Notes: generated by a model from the sequence alone, not told the origin. 64,000 bases of DNA from Desulfurococcaceae archaeon (GCA_049970695.1 JBMFML010000002.1:109075-173074); one strand, 5' to 3'; positions 55,071 through 64,000 are shown, counted from the stretch's first letter. Translations and numbers: made by a program.

Positions 55071-57044
55071 TTGGCTGGCTCTGTAAAAGGTCACGCGCAC
55101 ATAGGTTACGTAGTACTGGTAGCGGCGCTCGCGCTTCCAGTTGTTTACGGTGTAGTGCTCGGCGCAGACATTGGGACATTTGGAATTGAAGTAGCTCGGC
55201 AGACTAGTACGTTAGAGGACTTTTGCAGGGCCCTCGACTATTATGGTAGGTGCAACGCAGAGCTGGTATACATATGGCTGCTCTCGCGGCTGGGGCCTAG
55301 CTTTATTTCGCTGAACGCGATATCGGCACTCTCAGTGCTTGCCACGTTCGTGTTTGCACGCAGGGTTGCCGGCTCCCACCTTGCCAGCGGCTTGGCAGCA
55401 CTAATCTACGCGCTTACACCACTAGTACTCTCAAGACTTTACGATCAGAGCGGCCTACTCCACGCCTCGCTCCTACTGCCTCTAGTCTTGGCACTAATCT
55501 ACGAGGGCGCGGTGAGCGCTCGCTTCAAGTCGCTATTCACAACGCTGGGAGTGGTCCTCTACGCGCTCTTGGCACTACACCCTGCTTCCCCCCTAGTCTT
55601 AATAGCCTTATCGGCACTCCTAGTCGTTAAGCAAGACGCTGTGGCGGCAGAGTTGAGGAAGGCTCTGCTGGCAATGGTGCTTCTAAGCGCAATAATAACG
55701 CTCCTTGGCTCCATACTCGGGCTGGGCTACACCCCCTTTATGGTGTCATCTACTATAATCGCCGGGCTCTCAATCGCGTACAGCAGCGTGCAGGGGCCCG
55801 TGAGCGCTTCTTACAGGCTTGCAGCAGGCGTGGCTTTAGTGCTCGCATCAGTGGCAGTGATACTGCTTGAATGCAGCTTTATTAGCACGCGTGCAGAGGC
55901 AGAGCTGAACCCGCTGTACACGTGGGGGCTAGCAGGCTTCCTCGGCTTACCCGGAGCGCTGATTGCTACTACTAGGCCGCGGAACGCCGAGGAAGCTCGC
56001 ACAGCCGTTTTAGCGTTTCTACTACCGCCCCTCAGCACGCTTGTCGCGCTTTCGCACGCGCTTGTGGCATTCACTCTGTCGATCTCAGCGTGCAGCGTCC
56101 TTCAGAGAGCCGAGGACTTCCTAGCAGAAGCTGCAAAGCATGGTAAGAGGCGCTGGCAAGGCGCTTTAGCACTGCTCCTGTTGCTGTCTATTGCCGTGGC
56201 CTCCCTGCCGGGCTCCTTCGTAGTTGCAGCCGAGCTGGATGCGCGCTCATTACCATTCGCCGACCTGCCCGAGCCTTTGAGGAAGCAAGCTAGCGTCCGG
56301 GAGCTAAGCAGAGCGCTCAAGCTCGTGGAGAGCGAAATGAGCTCTGCTATAAGGCAGAGCTCGACAAGCAACAGAGTACTTGTCTTGTCCACCCTGGAGA
56401 ACTCTTACTGGATTGCGAGCGCCTTAGCAGAACACGGGCTAACGCCCCAGCTGATTGCGTCGCCGCACAGTAGTGAAGGATCTAGGAGCCTGCTGGCGAG
56501 GATAATGGTCAGCAGTGAAGAAGAAGCCGTGCTCGTGCTGAGGAAAGTAACCGAAGGGCTCGGCACGAGAGACGTCTATGTTGTTCTGGTGTTTCCCTAC
56601 AGCATTAAAGAAGCAGACAAGTCAGCTTATATTGGTATTCCCAGAGAAGCCGTGCTACCATATGGAGGGGGCCTCTACCCAACTCAGCTATTTGACGCCT
56701 ACGGAGACCTCGCTGCCTTTACACAGCTAGTAACTGCTGCAAATAAAACGCTCGGCGAGTACTTCTTCTTAACTAGAGAGCGAGAGCTCGAGAAGTCTCA
56801 GCCCCTCTTCTGGACCGTTAAGGGGTCTGAAACCCTGTTCGCGCAACTACTTGTAAAGGCGCTCAATGAAGTAAGCCCAGCAGTCTACAACTACATGATG
56901 GGTGGTGGAGAGCTCAACAGCACCATTAGGTACTTCGAAGCCGTCTACCTCAAGAAAGTAGAAGTAGGCAAGGTGAGAACGACATATTATGGCGACTACA
57001 CCGTATATTACATGCTAGCCGTGTTTAAGCTTAAAGGTGAATAG
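55071..57044 (+). CDS. STT3/AglB-like GT-C-type membrane protein lacking the WWDYG motif
   Basis: 657 aa with about 13 TM helices followed by a soluble domain. The junction RVLVLSTLENSYWIAS...SRSLLARIMVSSEEEAVLVLRKV...RDVYVVLVF parallels the STT3 segment vmSWWDYGYwI...a.if.s.eeeA..i.r.l.vdYVlv. Confidence 0.55.
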   Translation: MAGSVKGHAHIGYVVLVAALALPVVYGVVLGADIGTFGIEVARQTSTLEDFCRALDYYGRCNAELVYIWLLSRLGPSFISLNAISALSVLATFVFARRVAGSHLASGLAALIYALTPLVLSRLYDQSGLLHASLLLPLVLALIYEGAVSARFKSLFTTLGVVLYALLALHPASPLVLIALSALLVVKQDAVAAELRKALLAMVLLSAIITLLGSILGLGYTPFMVSSTIIAGLSIAYSSVQGPVSASYRLAAGVALVLASVAVILLECSFISTRAEAELNPLYTWGLAGFLGLPGALIATTRPRNAEEARTAVLAFLLPPLSTLVALSHALVAFTLSISACSVLQRAEDFLAEAAKHGKRRWQGALALLLLLSIAVASLPGSFVVAAELDARSLPFADLPEPLRKQASVRELSRALKLVESEMSSAIRQSSTSNRVLVLSTLENSYWIASALAEHGLTPQLIASPHSSEGSRSLLARIMVSSEEEAVLVLRKVTEGLGTRDVYVVLVFPYSIKEADKSAYIGIPREAVLPYGGGLYPTQLFDAYGDLAAFTQLVTAANKTLGEYFFLTRERELEKSQPLFWTVKGSETLFAQLLVKALNEVSPAVYNYMMGGGELNSTIRYFEAVYLKKVEVGKVRTTYYGDYTVYYMLAVFKLKGE

Positions 57045-57047
57045 GCG

Positions 57048-57845
57048 GTGGTCTTACCGAGGAAAGAACTACCTGATGAAGGTGAGCTACTAGTAGCTAC
57101 CGTAGTGGAAATACACGACTTCGGAGCATACGTGACTCTAGACGAGTATGGAGGGTTGAGAGCCTTCTTGCCCTGGAGCGAGGTCTCGTCGAAGTGGTTT
57201 AGAAGCATTAGAGAAGTCATTAGAGAAGGACAGAAAATAGTCGTTAAGGCAATAAGAGTGGATAAGCCGAAGAAGGAAGTCGACGTTTCTCTCAAGAGAG
57301 TTGCAGATAGTGATAAGCAGAGAAAAATGCTCTGGTGGAAGAGGTACTCCAAGGCCTGCAAAATAGTTGAAATGGTGGCAGAAAAGCTTGGAAAAGACCT
57401 CAAGAGCGCCTACAGCGAAGTCGTCTGGAGGCTTGAAGACCACTACGGAGACTTGATGTACGCTCTCGAAGAAGCCGTCTCGAAAGGGCCTGCCGTTTTT
57501 GAAGAAGCTGGTGTGCCGGAAGAGTGGCATGAGCCTTTACTTGAGGAAGCCAAAAAGCACATTAAGCCAAGAGAAGTCGTAGTGAGGTACAAGCTGACTA
57601 TACGAGCACTAACTCCCGACGGGGTTGACAGGATCAAGAAGTGCTTAGAGGCCATAGCAGCATATTTAGACTCGAACAACGTGAGGTACAGGCTTTACGT
57701 GGCAGGCGCTCCAAAGTACATCCTCGAGGTCTATTCAGACGACTACAAGGTTGCCGAGAAGTACGCAGAAGAAGCCATTAAGACCGGTAGCGAAGAAGCT
57801 AAAAACCTTGGAGTAGAGTTCTCGGCTGAGCGTGAAAAGACTTGA
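57048..57845 (+). CDS. eif2a: Translation initiation factor aIF2 alpha subunit
   Basis: 265 aa with an N-terminal S1 domain (GELLVATVVEIHDFGAYVTLDEYGGLRAFLPWSEVS). Canonical pairing with nop10. Confidence 0.93.
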   Translation: MVLPRKELPDEGELLVATVVEIHDFGAYVTLDEYGGLRAFLPWSEVSSKWFRSIREVIREGQKIVVKAIRVDKPKKEVDVSLKRVADSDKQRKMLWWKRYSKACKIVEMVAEKLGKDLKSAYSEVVWRLEDHYGDLMYALEEAVSKGPAVFEEAGVPEEWHEPLLEEAKKHIKPREVVVRYKLTIRALTPDGVDRIKKCLEAIAAYLDSNNVRYRLYVAGAPKYILEVYSDDYKVAEKYAEEAIKTGSEEAKNLGVEFSAEREKT

Positions 57846-58042
57846 ACTGGCTAATGAGAAGGTGCACTAAGTGCAAGAGGTATACGCTAGCGAGAGACAA
57901 GTGCCCCTACTGCGGAGGAGAGCTCGAAGTTCCCCACCCCTACAGGTTTAGCCCAGTTGACAAGTACGTCGAGTACAGGCTCAGAGCAAAGCTCGAAAAG
58001 GGCTATTTAAACCTCGACGAAAAGCCCAGCTACGTCCCCTGA
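57842..58042 (+). CDS. nop10: H/ACA RNP protein Nop10
   Basis: 66 aa with the zinc ribbon CTKCKRYTL..CPYCGG, then PHPYRFSPVDKY. Confidence 0.9.
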   Translation: MNWLMRRCTKCKRYTLARDKCPYCGGELEVPHPYRFSPVDKYVEYRLRAKLEKGYLNLDEKPSYVP

Positions 58043-58549
58043 GAAAAACATTGAACAGCAATACAACGAAGTTCTTGCCGGCAGCGCCCCCGGCAACTAG
58101 CCCGTAAGTGAAGATAGTAAAACCGTTAATAGCCTCGGCCAACTCCCGTTAGTAGCCGCCTTCACGGTCAGCGCCCCCCTAAAAATCCCAGGGCCAGGGA
58201 TCCAGCACATTTCTGAATTTGAACTAGTGGTGTCATTGCGAGACCTACCAGTACTAGAACCACTAATGCAACGAGCAATCTACTCGTAGGCCCCGACTCC
58301 GAACACCAGTGTAATCGTGTACATGGGTTTACTTAAAGCTTGTGTTTGAGCACAATTGTTCAAAACATTGAATGATAGGGGCGCAAGACCACTACTATAT
58401 CTACCTTTCTACCTTCTTGAACGCTATTCCTCACGCTTGCGAAGTTGTTAAGAGGGCGGAATCCGAAGGTCTAGAAGTGCTGGATTCCGGGGTTCTGAAA
58501 AAGCTTTAAAAGCCTGGTAGTTTGATTCTATGGTGAATGGTGAAGTAAG

Positions 58550-58623
58550 TGCCGCCGTAGTATAGCCCGGCTAGTATGCGGGCCTGTCGAGCCCGTGACC
58601 CGGGTTCAAATCCCGGCGGCGGC
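58550..58623 (+). tRNA. tRNA-Asp (anticodon GUC)
   Basis: Acceptor GCCGCCG/CGGCGGC, anticodon arm CGGGC-CTGTCGA-GCCCG, T arm CCGGG-TTCAAAT-CCCGG. Confidence 0.9.
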
Positions 58624-58629
58624 GCCTTT

Positions 58630-58881
58630 CTACGCTCTCACTTTCCTCACAACCAAGTAGGTATCTGGGTCTACTTCAGCGCGTTGCGAGAACGCGCCCA
58701 GCACTCTCACAACCACGTCCGGATCTGCCACTATGAGCTCGCCGGTTTTTTCAAGGGCTTTTACAAGCCCTTCAGGCAGAAGCTCTTTAACGGCGTGTTC
58801 ACGGGTTTCGCCTATTTTCCGGCAGCTCGAGAAGCTTCCTACAAAGTGCCTGGAGAACACCGTCTCAACGTGCGAGTACAC
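58630..58881 (-). CDS. Hypothetical small protein at the 3' end of the hydrogenase cluster
   Basis: 83 aa, same strand, 22 nt downstream of the NuoB-like gene. No recognisable motif, and too short for a HycI-type protease. Confidence 0.4.
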   Translation of the reverse strand: MYSHVETVFSRHFVGSFSSCRKIGETREHAVKELLPEGLVKALEKTGELIVADPDVVVRVLGAFSQRAEVDPDTYLVVRKVRA

Positions 58882-58903
58882 GCAGAGGTAGAATATGTAG
58901 ACC

Positions 58904-59386
58904 TCACTCAGCCACGCTCACCTGGGGTTTAGCCTTCTTCCCGACGAGCCCTTTGATCAATGCTATTGCGTAGAGAAGGGCCTCGGGCCTAATGGGGCAC
59001 CCGGGGACGTAGTACACGGCGTCTACTTCAACCCCTCTTTCTTTGAGTATTTTGAGTAGAGAGCTCACGCCGCCTATTGTAGAGTAGGTGTCGTGCCATA
59101 TACCGCCTCCACACGCGCACGAGCCGAGAGCCACAATTATCCTGGGCCTGGGAGCCGCTTCAATCGCGTTTACTACTTTGGGCAGGGCTTTTAGCGTTAC
59201 GGGTCCCGTGAGCAGTATGACGTCGGCATGCCTCGGGGATGCAACGAGCTTTACTCCAAATCTCTCGGCGTCGTGAAATGGCGTAAGCGCGTCTAGTATT
59301 TCAATGTCGCAGGCATTGCAGCTACCTGTGTTTAGGTGGAATACCCAAATGCTCTTCTTTATCCTCTCGAGGCTCTTACTCAACAT
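58904..59386 (-). CDS. Group-4 [NiFe]-hydrogenase small subunit (NuoB/HycG-like)
   Basis: 160 aa with the proximal-cluster cysteines GSCNACDIE, GSCACGGG and VPGCPIRPEAL. Confidence 0.9.
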   Translation of the reverse strand: MLSKSLERIKKSIWVFHLNTGSCNACDIEILDALTPFHDAERFGVKLVASPRHADVILLTGPVTLKALPKVVNAIEAAPRPRIIVALGSCACGGGIWHDTYSTIGGVSSLLKILKERGVEVDAVYYVPGCPIRPEALLYAIALIKGLVGKKAKPQVSVAE

Positions 59387-59909
59387 TCCAGCCAGGCCCC
59401 GCCTTCCTCGCTGAAACAGCTTTAATAAGTGCTTTCTTCCTGCACTCCGGGCACAGGAGGACGTAGTCTTCTGAGAGGGGCGCTTTGCTAACCACGTAGT
59501 TCTTCATTCTGACAGTTTCTACGAGCCTGCCGCAAGACTCGCACTTAAAGACGCTGTGAATAACGTATGCGTAGAGGTCAAATGGATCGCTTGTTGCCAG
59601 CTCGAACTCCCTAGTGCCCTCTATGGCTCCAACTGGGCAGACCTCGACGCACCTCCAGCAGAATATGCACCTACCGGCATAGTACCTGAGGACCTTCTTG
59701 TCTTCAGACCTAAGCATCTCGAGCGCGTTTGGCGGACACGCATTAACACAAGCACCGCAGCCAATGCACTTTTCGTGGTTTATCTTGATCAACCCCCTGA
59801 ACTCCGGTGATACTAGGGGCTCTTCAAACGGGTACTTTATAGTGACCCTGCCAGTCTTGGTTGCTATTGAAAACAGCTTAGCTGGCTTAAGTGGATTTGT
59901 CTTAGGCAT
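59376..59909 (-). CDS. 2x[4Fe-4S] ferredoxin subunit (NuoI/HycF-like)
   Basis: 177 aa with CIGCGACVNACP and CIFCWRCVEVCP, plus an extra C-terminal CESCG...CPEC. Confidence 0.85.
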   Translation of the reverse strand: MPKTNPLKPAKLFSIATKTGRVTIKYPFEEPLVSPEFRGLIKINHEKCIGCGACVNACPPNALEMLRSEDKKVLRYYAGRCIFCWRCVEVCPVGAIEGTREFELATSDPFDLYAYVIHSVFKCESCGRLVETVRMKNYVVSKAPLSEDYVLLCPECRKKALIKAVSARKAGPGWNVE

Positions 59910-61572
59910 TCTTCCTCGCCCTAAGCGCTAATTGCTCGAGCGAGGTCTTTGCGAGAACCTGCCCACTCGCCGACTTGATTACAACGAGCCTGTCCGTGCA
60001 GGAGAAGCACGGATCTATACTCGCAATAGTCAGGGGCGCGTCTGCTAGCGGCTGATCCTTTAGCATGACCTTGAGTGCCGGTATGTTGCTGTACGTTGGT
60101 GCTCGAACCCTCCACCTATAAGGCCTCCCCCTGCCTGTCATGACGAAGTGTATGTCGCCGCCGCGCGGGGCCTCCACGACCTGCACTCCAATCCTACCTT
60201 CGGGTATTTCAAAGTCCGTTAACCTAATGGGGCCTTGCGGGAGCTTGTCGAGCAGCTGCTCAATTATGCGTATAGACTCGAAAACCTCGTCTATTCTGAC
60301 AAGAGCTCTTGCCAAGTTGTCGCCCTCGGTGTAGACCGGCACTCTAAAGGAAGCGTGCATGTAAGCAGCGTATGGTAGATCCCTTCTAGCGTCTCTGTCA
60401 ATGCCAGAAGCCCTTGCAACGGGTCCCTCGACTGAGAGCTTAACTGCGTCTTCCTTTAGCAGCAGTCCAGTCCCAGTCAGCCTCTTCTTTACTTGTGGAA
60501 CGCTCAAGGCCACTTCTACGAATTGCTTGAACTCTTTTTCCAGTTCTCTGAGGCCTTCGAGGACTTTCTGCTTCTTCTCCTCGTTAATGTCCTTTCTAAC
60601 GCCCCCGACGAGGTTTATTCCATAAGTCTTCCTGCTGCCAGTTAAGAGCTCTGCTAAGTACATTACGCGCTCTCTAATACGCCAAACATGCATGAAGCCT
60701 GCATCGTAGCCTACTAGGTGAAACGCCACGCCTAGCCATAGCAAGTGGCTGTGAATTCTCTCTACTTCGAGCACTATACTTCTTATAAACTGTGCTCTCT
60801 CTGGGACCTCGAGCTTAGCTGCTTTTTCGACAGCTAGTGCATAGCAAGTAGAGTGCTCAAAACCACATATTCCGCAGATTCTCTCCGCGAGGAAGTTCAC
60901 CTGCTGGTAGTTCATCCTGCTCTCTGCAAGCTTCTCTATACCCCTATGGACGTGAAAGCCCCTGTACTTGACATCTACTACTCTTTCGCCTTCAACGTAG
61001 AGCTCAAAGTACTCGGGCTCGTGTAGTGCTGGGTGGTAGGGCCCAATGGGCACTACCCCGACTTCCGCTTCAGCCGCGAGTCTCTCGCTAACTGCCCTGA
61101 TTTGAGGCCTGTAGTTGTATGGCACGTCTTTTCTAAGTGGGTGCAGGCCTTCGGGCCACTCTGGTGGCAGGACTAGCCTGTAGTTCGTTCTACCCGTGAA
61201 CTCTATGCCTAGGAGATCTCTTGCCTCCATTTCACACCAATCCGCGGCCGGAACAGCACTTACAATGCTTGGAGCCACCGGATTGTCGCCTTCTAGGTAT
61301 GTTTTCAAAACGACGTAGAGGCCCAGCCTGTCGTCTGTAAATAAGTGCGCTAGGGAGAAGTGCCCGTTAAGAGGCCTCTCGTCTACTCCAACACAAACTC
61401 TGAACGTGCAGTTGAGAGAGTTGAATATCTCCGATGCCAAATCGACCAGCTTGTCGCGCGGGGCAATTATAAAGACGGTGTCGCCGTCAGCGTAAAACTC
61501 AGCACCGTGTTTTTGAGCAAGAAAGTAGTACTTGCTGAGCTTTTCGGGCACTTCTTTACTAAGCACGCGCAC
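59902..61572 (-). CDS. Group-4 [NiFe]-hydrogenase large subunit, fused NuoC-NuoD type (HycE-like)
   Basis: 556 aa with Ni-Fe ligand motifs RICGICGFEHS and DPCFSCTDR. A 28-aa tail follows the DPCxxCxxR motif. Confidence 0.9.
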   Translation of the reverse strand: MRVLSKEVPEKLSKYYFLAQKHGAEFYADGDTVFIIAPRDKLVDLASEIFNSLNCTFRVCVGVDERPLNGHFSLAHLFTDDRLGLYVVLKTYLEGDNPVAPSIVSAVPAADWCEMEARDLLGIEFTGRTNYRLVLPPEWPEGLHPLRKDVPYNYRPQIRAVSERLAAEAEVGVVPIGPYHPALHEPEYFELYVEGERVVDVKYRGFHVHRGIEKLAESRMNYQQVNFLAERICGICGFEHSTCYALAVEKAAKLEVPERAQFIRSIVLEVERIHSHLLWLGVAFHLVGYDAGFMHVWRIRERVMYLAELLTGSRKTYGINLVGGVRKDINEEKKQKVLEGLRELEKEFKQFVEVALSVPQVKKRLTGTGLLLKEDAVKLSVEGPVARASGIDRDARRDLPYAAYMHASFRVPVYTEGDNLARALVRIDEVFESIRIIEQLLDKLPQGPIRLTDFEIPEGRIGVQVVEAPRGGDIHFVMTGRGRPYRWRVRAPTYSNIPALKVMLKDQPLADAPLTIASIDPCFSCTDRLVVIKSASGQVLAKTSLEQLALRARKNA

Positions 61573-62503
61573 CCACCAATAACGCTGTTATAATTAGTGC
61601 CATTAGAGCAATATAAGCCCTAGCCAGCGAGAGGGGACCAACATCAACCCTCGTTCTACCAAGCACGACCGAGATGGCAGCAAACACCACCCACATCAAG
61701 ACCATTAGGGCGTGGGCAAGCAGCACAGTAGCCGCTCCACTACTAATCGCCGCTACTATTACGGCCACGGCTAGCGCCTTAGCAACTGCCCTCTTCAAGA
61801 GTAGCGAGTAGATGTTCGCTGCTAGGAGGGGCCCACTAAACTCTACTAAAACGCCTGAGGCGAGCTCGGGCTCCGCTTCTGCTATATCAAATGGGGTCCT
61901 CTCCGTGGTTACGTAGCTTGATAAAAGTAGCAGCAAGAGTGCTGATGCTACTACCACAGCTCGCCAGGGGGGTGCAGGGACGAGACTTGAGCCGCCCACG
62001 CTGTTAGCTAAAATGGCTACAGAAAGCAGGAAAAAAGCCTCATTAACCAACGAGAGCACGACCCCTCTCCACGCCCCCATTTGGCTGAAGGGATTTGCCA
62101 CGAGCAGTGGTATGGATATGTGAACAGAGGCAGATACGGCGAACATTGCTGCTGAGTAAAACAAGTAAGTGAGGTTATTGCTAGCCAAGTACGTGAATAC
62201 GTAATACAGCGAAACAGCAGAGGAAACCATGCACGCAACTAGGCCTACAAGCACGTACGTACCCGCGTGCAGGGGCTTGTACTCCTTGGATGCAAGCTTA
62301 AGCAAATCGTACAGAGTCTGAACTATTGGCGGACCTATTCTACTCTGCAGAGCTGCCTTGAGCTTTCTTTCAACTCCGTCCAGGATTACCGGCATAAAGA
62401 GCCACAGAACCGTCGAGAGTATTGCCAGGCTCTCCACGTTCACAAGCTTCACCCAAGCATTAGTAGCGCTAGTAGAATAGCTATTGAAATAACCCCAAAC
62501 CAT
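61559..62503 (-). CDS. Membrane subunit NuoH/HycD-like
   Basis: Polytopic, with QSRIGPP and TPFDIAEAEPELASG motifs. The GTG at 62437 (12 nt after the upstream stop) is the more likely start. Confidence 0.85.
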   Translation of the reverse strand: MVWGYFNSYSTSATNAWVKLVNVESLAILSTVLWLFMPVILDGVERKLKAALQSRIGPPIVQTLYDLLKLASKEYKPLHAGTYVLVGLVACMVSSAVSLYYVFTYLASNNLTYLFYSAAMFAVSASVHISIPLLVANPFSQMGAWRGVVLSLVNEAFFLLSVAILANSVGGSSLVPAPPWRAVVVASALLLLLLSSYVTTERTPFDIAEAEPELASGVLVEFSGPLLAANIYSLLLKRAVAKALAVAVIVAAISSGAATVLLAHALMVLMWVVFAAISVVLGRTRVDVGPLSLARAYIALMALIITALLVGARA

Positions 62504-62730
62504 AGCGATGCGATAATCATGGACTCTATCATAGTAAGCTGCAGCTTATTGATAAACAATGCAAGCACTCTGAAAAGGCGGACTATTCTTGGAAACACAA
62601 CATCACCGAGCCTGACCAATCTCTCGGCAACCATGCTTGCAGTCGACGCTTTAGCTCTGCGAGAGATTTCTTTTGTGGCATTTTCAATTAGTTTTTCAAA
62701 CCACCTAAGAGCACTCCCCCTAGAGCTCAA
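62449..62730 (-). CDS. Possible small single-TM subunit between the HycC-like and HycD-like genes
   Basis: 93 aa with a TTG start forming a TTGA overlap with the upstream stop. Soluble N-part plus a C-terminal TM helix. Confidence 0.4.
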   Translation of the reverse strand: MSSRGSALRWFEKLIENATKEISRRAKASTASMVAERLVRLGDVVFPRIVRLFRVLALFINKLQLTMIESMIIASLWFGVISIAILLALLMLG

Positions 62731-64000
62731 GCCTCAACACCCGACAACCAGTACTTTATGTCTTCTCTCGGAGGCCCTCTGGCAATGGCCTCCTTCCAAA
62801 TTGCATATGCGTATAGCAAAATTGTAGCGAAATATACTGTAAGTATTGAGGCGGCAACGTGGTAGTCTACTAAGTTGCGAGCTATGGCATAGTAAAGCGC
62901 AGGTAGGGGCATCAATACGCTTAAGATGGATAGATACAGCTCAGAGAGCTTAACTTCCATGGCTATTGGCACGTACTTTGGTGCCACCCTTGGGATTCTC
63001 GATGTGTAGGCACTAATCAGCTTGGCGCTGTAGGCTATTGAAAAGACTATCGATACGGCGATTGCCGGCAGGACTGCAAGTGCGATGTTGCTTACTCCAA
63101 GCAGCACTATTCCCAGCACCACTAAGAGGACTTTAACGAAGAAGCCGGCCGATGGCGGCATTCCAAGCAAGTTCATGTACGTGGTAAATGCACAGAAACT
63201 CAGTGCCCTAGATACGTAGTATAGGTAGCCGAGCCTGTAGACGTCGTAAGTGTTCGCAGCTTGGTAAATAAAGGCTGTATTTATGAATGCGAGAGACTTC
63301 ACTACAATGTGGAAGGCTATAAGAGTTAGAAGCGCTGCATAGGCTAATTCAAGCCCCCACAGGGCACGTATGGAGCTGAGTACGACTATTAAGCCGCCAT
63401 AGCCTATGGAGCTATAAGCGAGAAGCCGCTTTAAGTTGCTCTGTAGTACTGCACCGAAAGAGCCGTAAATAGTGGAAATAACTCCCTGAGCTAGCAACAT
63501 GTAGTAAGCCACTGGATCAAGTACAAAGAGCTTACTAGCGACAAGCAGTCCAAAAGCCCCCAGCTTGATTACAAGCCCGCTTAATATAGCGGAGATGTGC
63601 GTTGGCGCTTCACCGTGGACAATAGGTAACCACGTGTGCAGAGGAAACTGCCCCAGTTTAGTGGCCATACCAAAGGCAATTATGGCAGACATAATGGGAT
63701 CTAGGCCGAGCACTTCAGGAGGTTCAGAAAGTGGGGTGGTGAGGGCTTGGTAGAAGCCGAGTTTGTTTGCAAGGAGGGAGAACATCGTTAAAATAGCAAC
63801 ATCGCTCGGCGCGGCGCACATAGCGAGGTATGTCGCGGCAACTGGAATGTTCTCGGATCCGCGCTCAAGGGTTATTGCCGTGAAGGCTACTAGGAGGTCT
63901 AGTAGAAACCAGTAAACTAGGAGCTCCACGAAGTAGCTGCTCGAGAATGTGAGTATGAGTAGTGCAAGCAAGTTGTCTACTACTACTTGGAAGTACCTTG
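62727..64000 (-). CDS. NuoL/HycC-like antiporter-type membrane subunit (5' end outside the window)
   Basis: The LAYSSIGYGG motif is typical of the NuoL/M/N family. The frame stays open upstream of the track start (TTG 63971) to base 64000, so the gene is probably truncated by the window edge. Confidence 0.85.
   Translation of the reverse strand, partial: RYFQVVVDNLLALLILTFSSSYFVELLVYWFLLDLLVAFTAITLERGSENIPVAATYLAMCAAPSDVAILTMFSLLANKLGFYQALTTPLSEPPEVLGLDPIMSAIIAFGMATKLGQFPLHTWLPIVHGEAPTHISAILSGLVIKLGAFGLLVASKLFVLDPVAYYMLLAQGVISTIYGSFGAVLQSNLKRLLAYSSIGYGGLIVVLSSIRALWGLELAYAALLTLIAFHIVVKSLAFINTAFIYQAANTYDVYRLGYLYYVSRALSFCAFTTYMNLLGMPPSAGFFVKVLLVVLGIVLLGVSNIALAVLPAIAVSIVFSIAYSAKLISAYTSRIPRVAPKYVPIAMEVKLSELYLSILSVLMPLPALYYAIARNLVDYHVAASILTVYFATILLYAYAIWKEAIARGPPREDIKYWLSGVEA

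Noticed and set aside
58576-58932. A 118-aa plus-strand ORF
   Set aside because: It starts inside tRNA-Asp and runs antisense to the 83-aa ORF and the NuoB-like gene end. No motif.

Overview
The gene content points to a hyperthermophile-type crenarchaeal chromosome (Thermoproteota, Desulfurococcales-like). That placement is an inference from GatDE, Nop5/fibrillarin, aIF2-alpha/Nop10, PCNA/PriS/GINS, RpoF/RpoL/TFS, intron-containing tRNAs and TATA-type promoters with many leaderless or 4-nt-overlapping genes. The window is densely coding: about 80 protein genes and 7 tRNAs, 3 of them with introns. Most genes are housekeeping: translation and ribosome biogenesis, tRNA/rRNA modification, replication, transcription, purine salvage, a pstSCAB-phoU phosphate transporter, and at the right edge a hycCDEFG-ordered group-4 [NiFe]-hydrogenase cut by the window end. 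I saw no CRISPR array, IS element, integrase, rRNA or recognisable defence gene, and I do not see a clear-cut novel multi-gene system. Reading the sequence added several features missing from the ORF track: a 54-aa ribosomal protein S30e gene, a truncated metallophosphoesterase at the left edge, and two C/D-box guide sRNAs with exact 12-nt spacers, one abutting the trm1 start codon. The observations most worth a second look are listed here. (1) A Fap7 - circularly permuted GTPase - two tandem ubiquitin-like beta-grasp genes operon, one ending in GG and the other in GG-CSTA. (2) An STT3/AglB-like membrane protein in which the catalytic WWDYG motif reads TLENSYW. (3) A bactofilin gene overlapping a winged-helix gene. 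(4) Two unusually long gene-free stretches (25.5-26.4 kb and 29.3-30.15 kb); the second holds a 95-nt strongly structured element and a duplicated SD-like motif in front of micro-ORFs. (5) A multi-cluster radical SAM protein consistent with the tetraether lipid synthase family. All functional calls rest on motif recognition by eye; no database search was possible.
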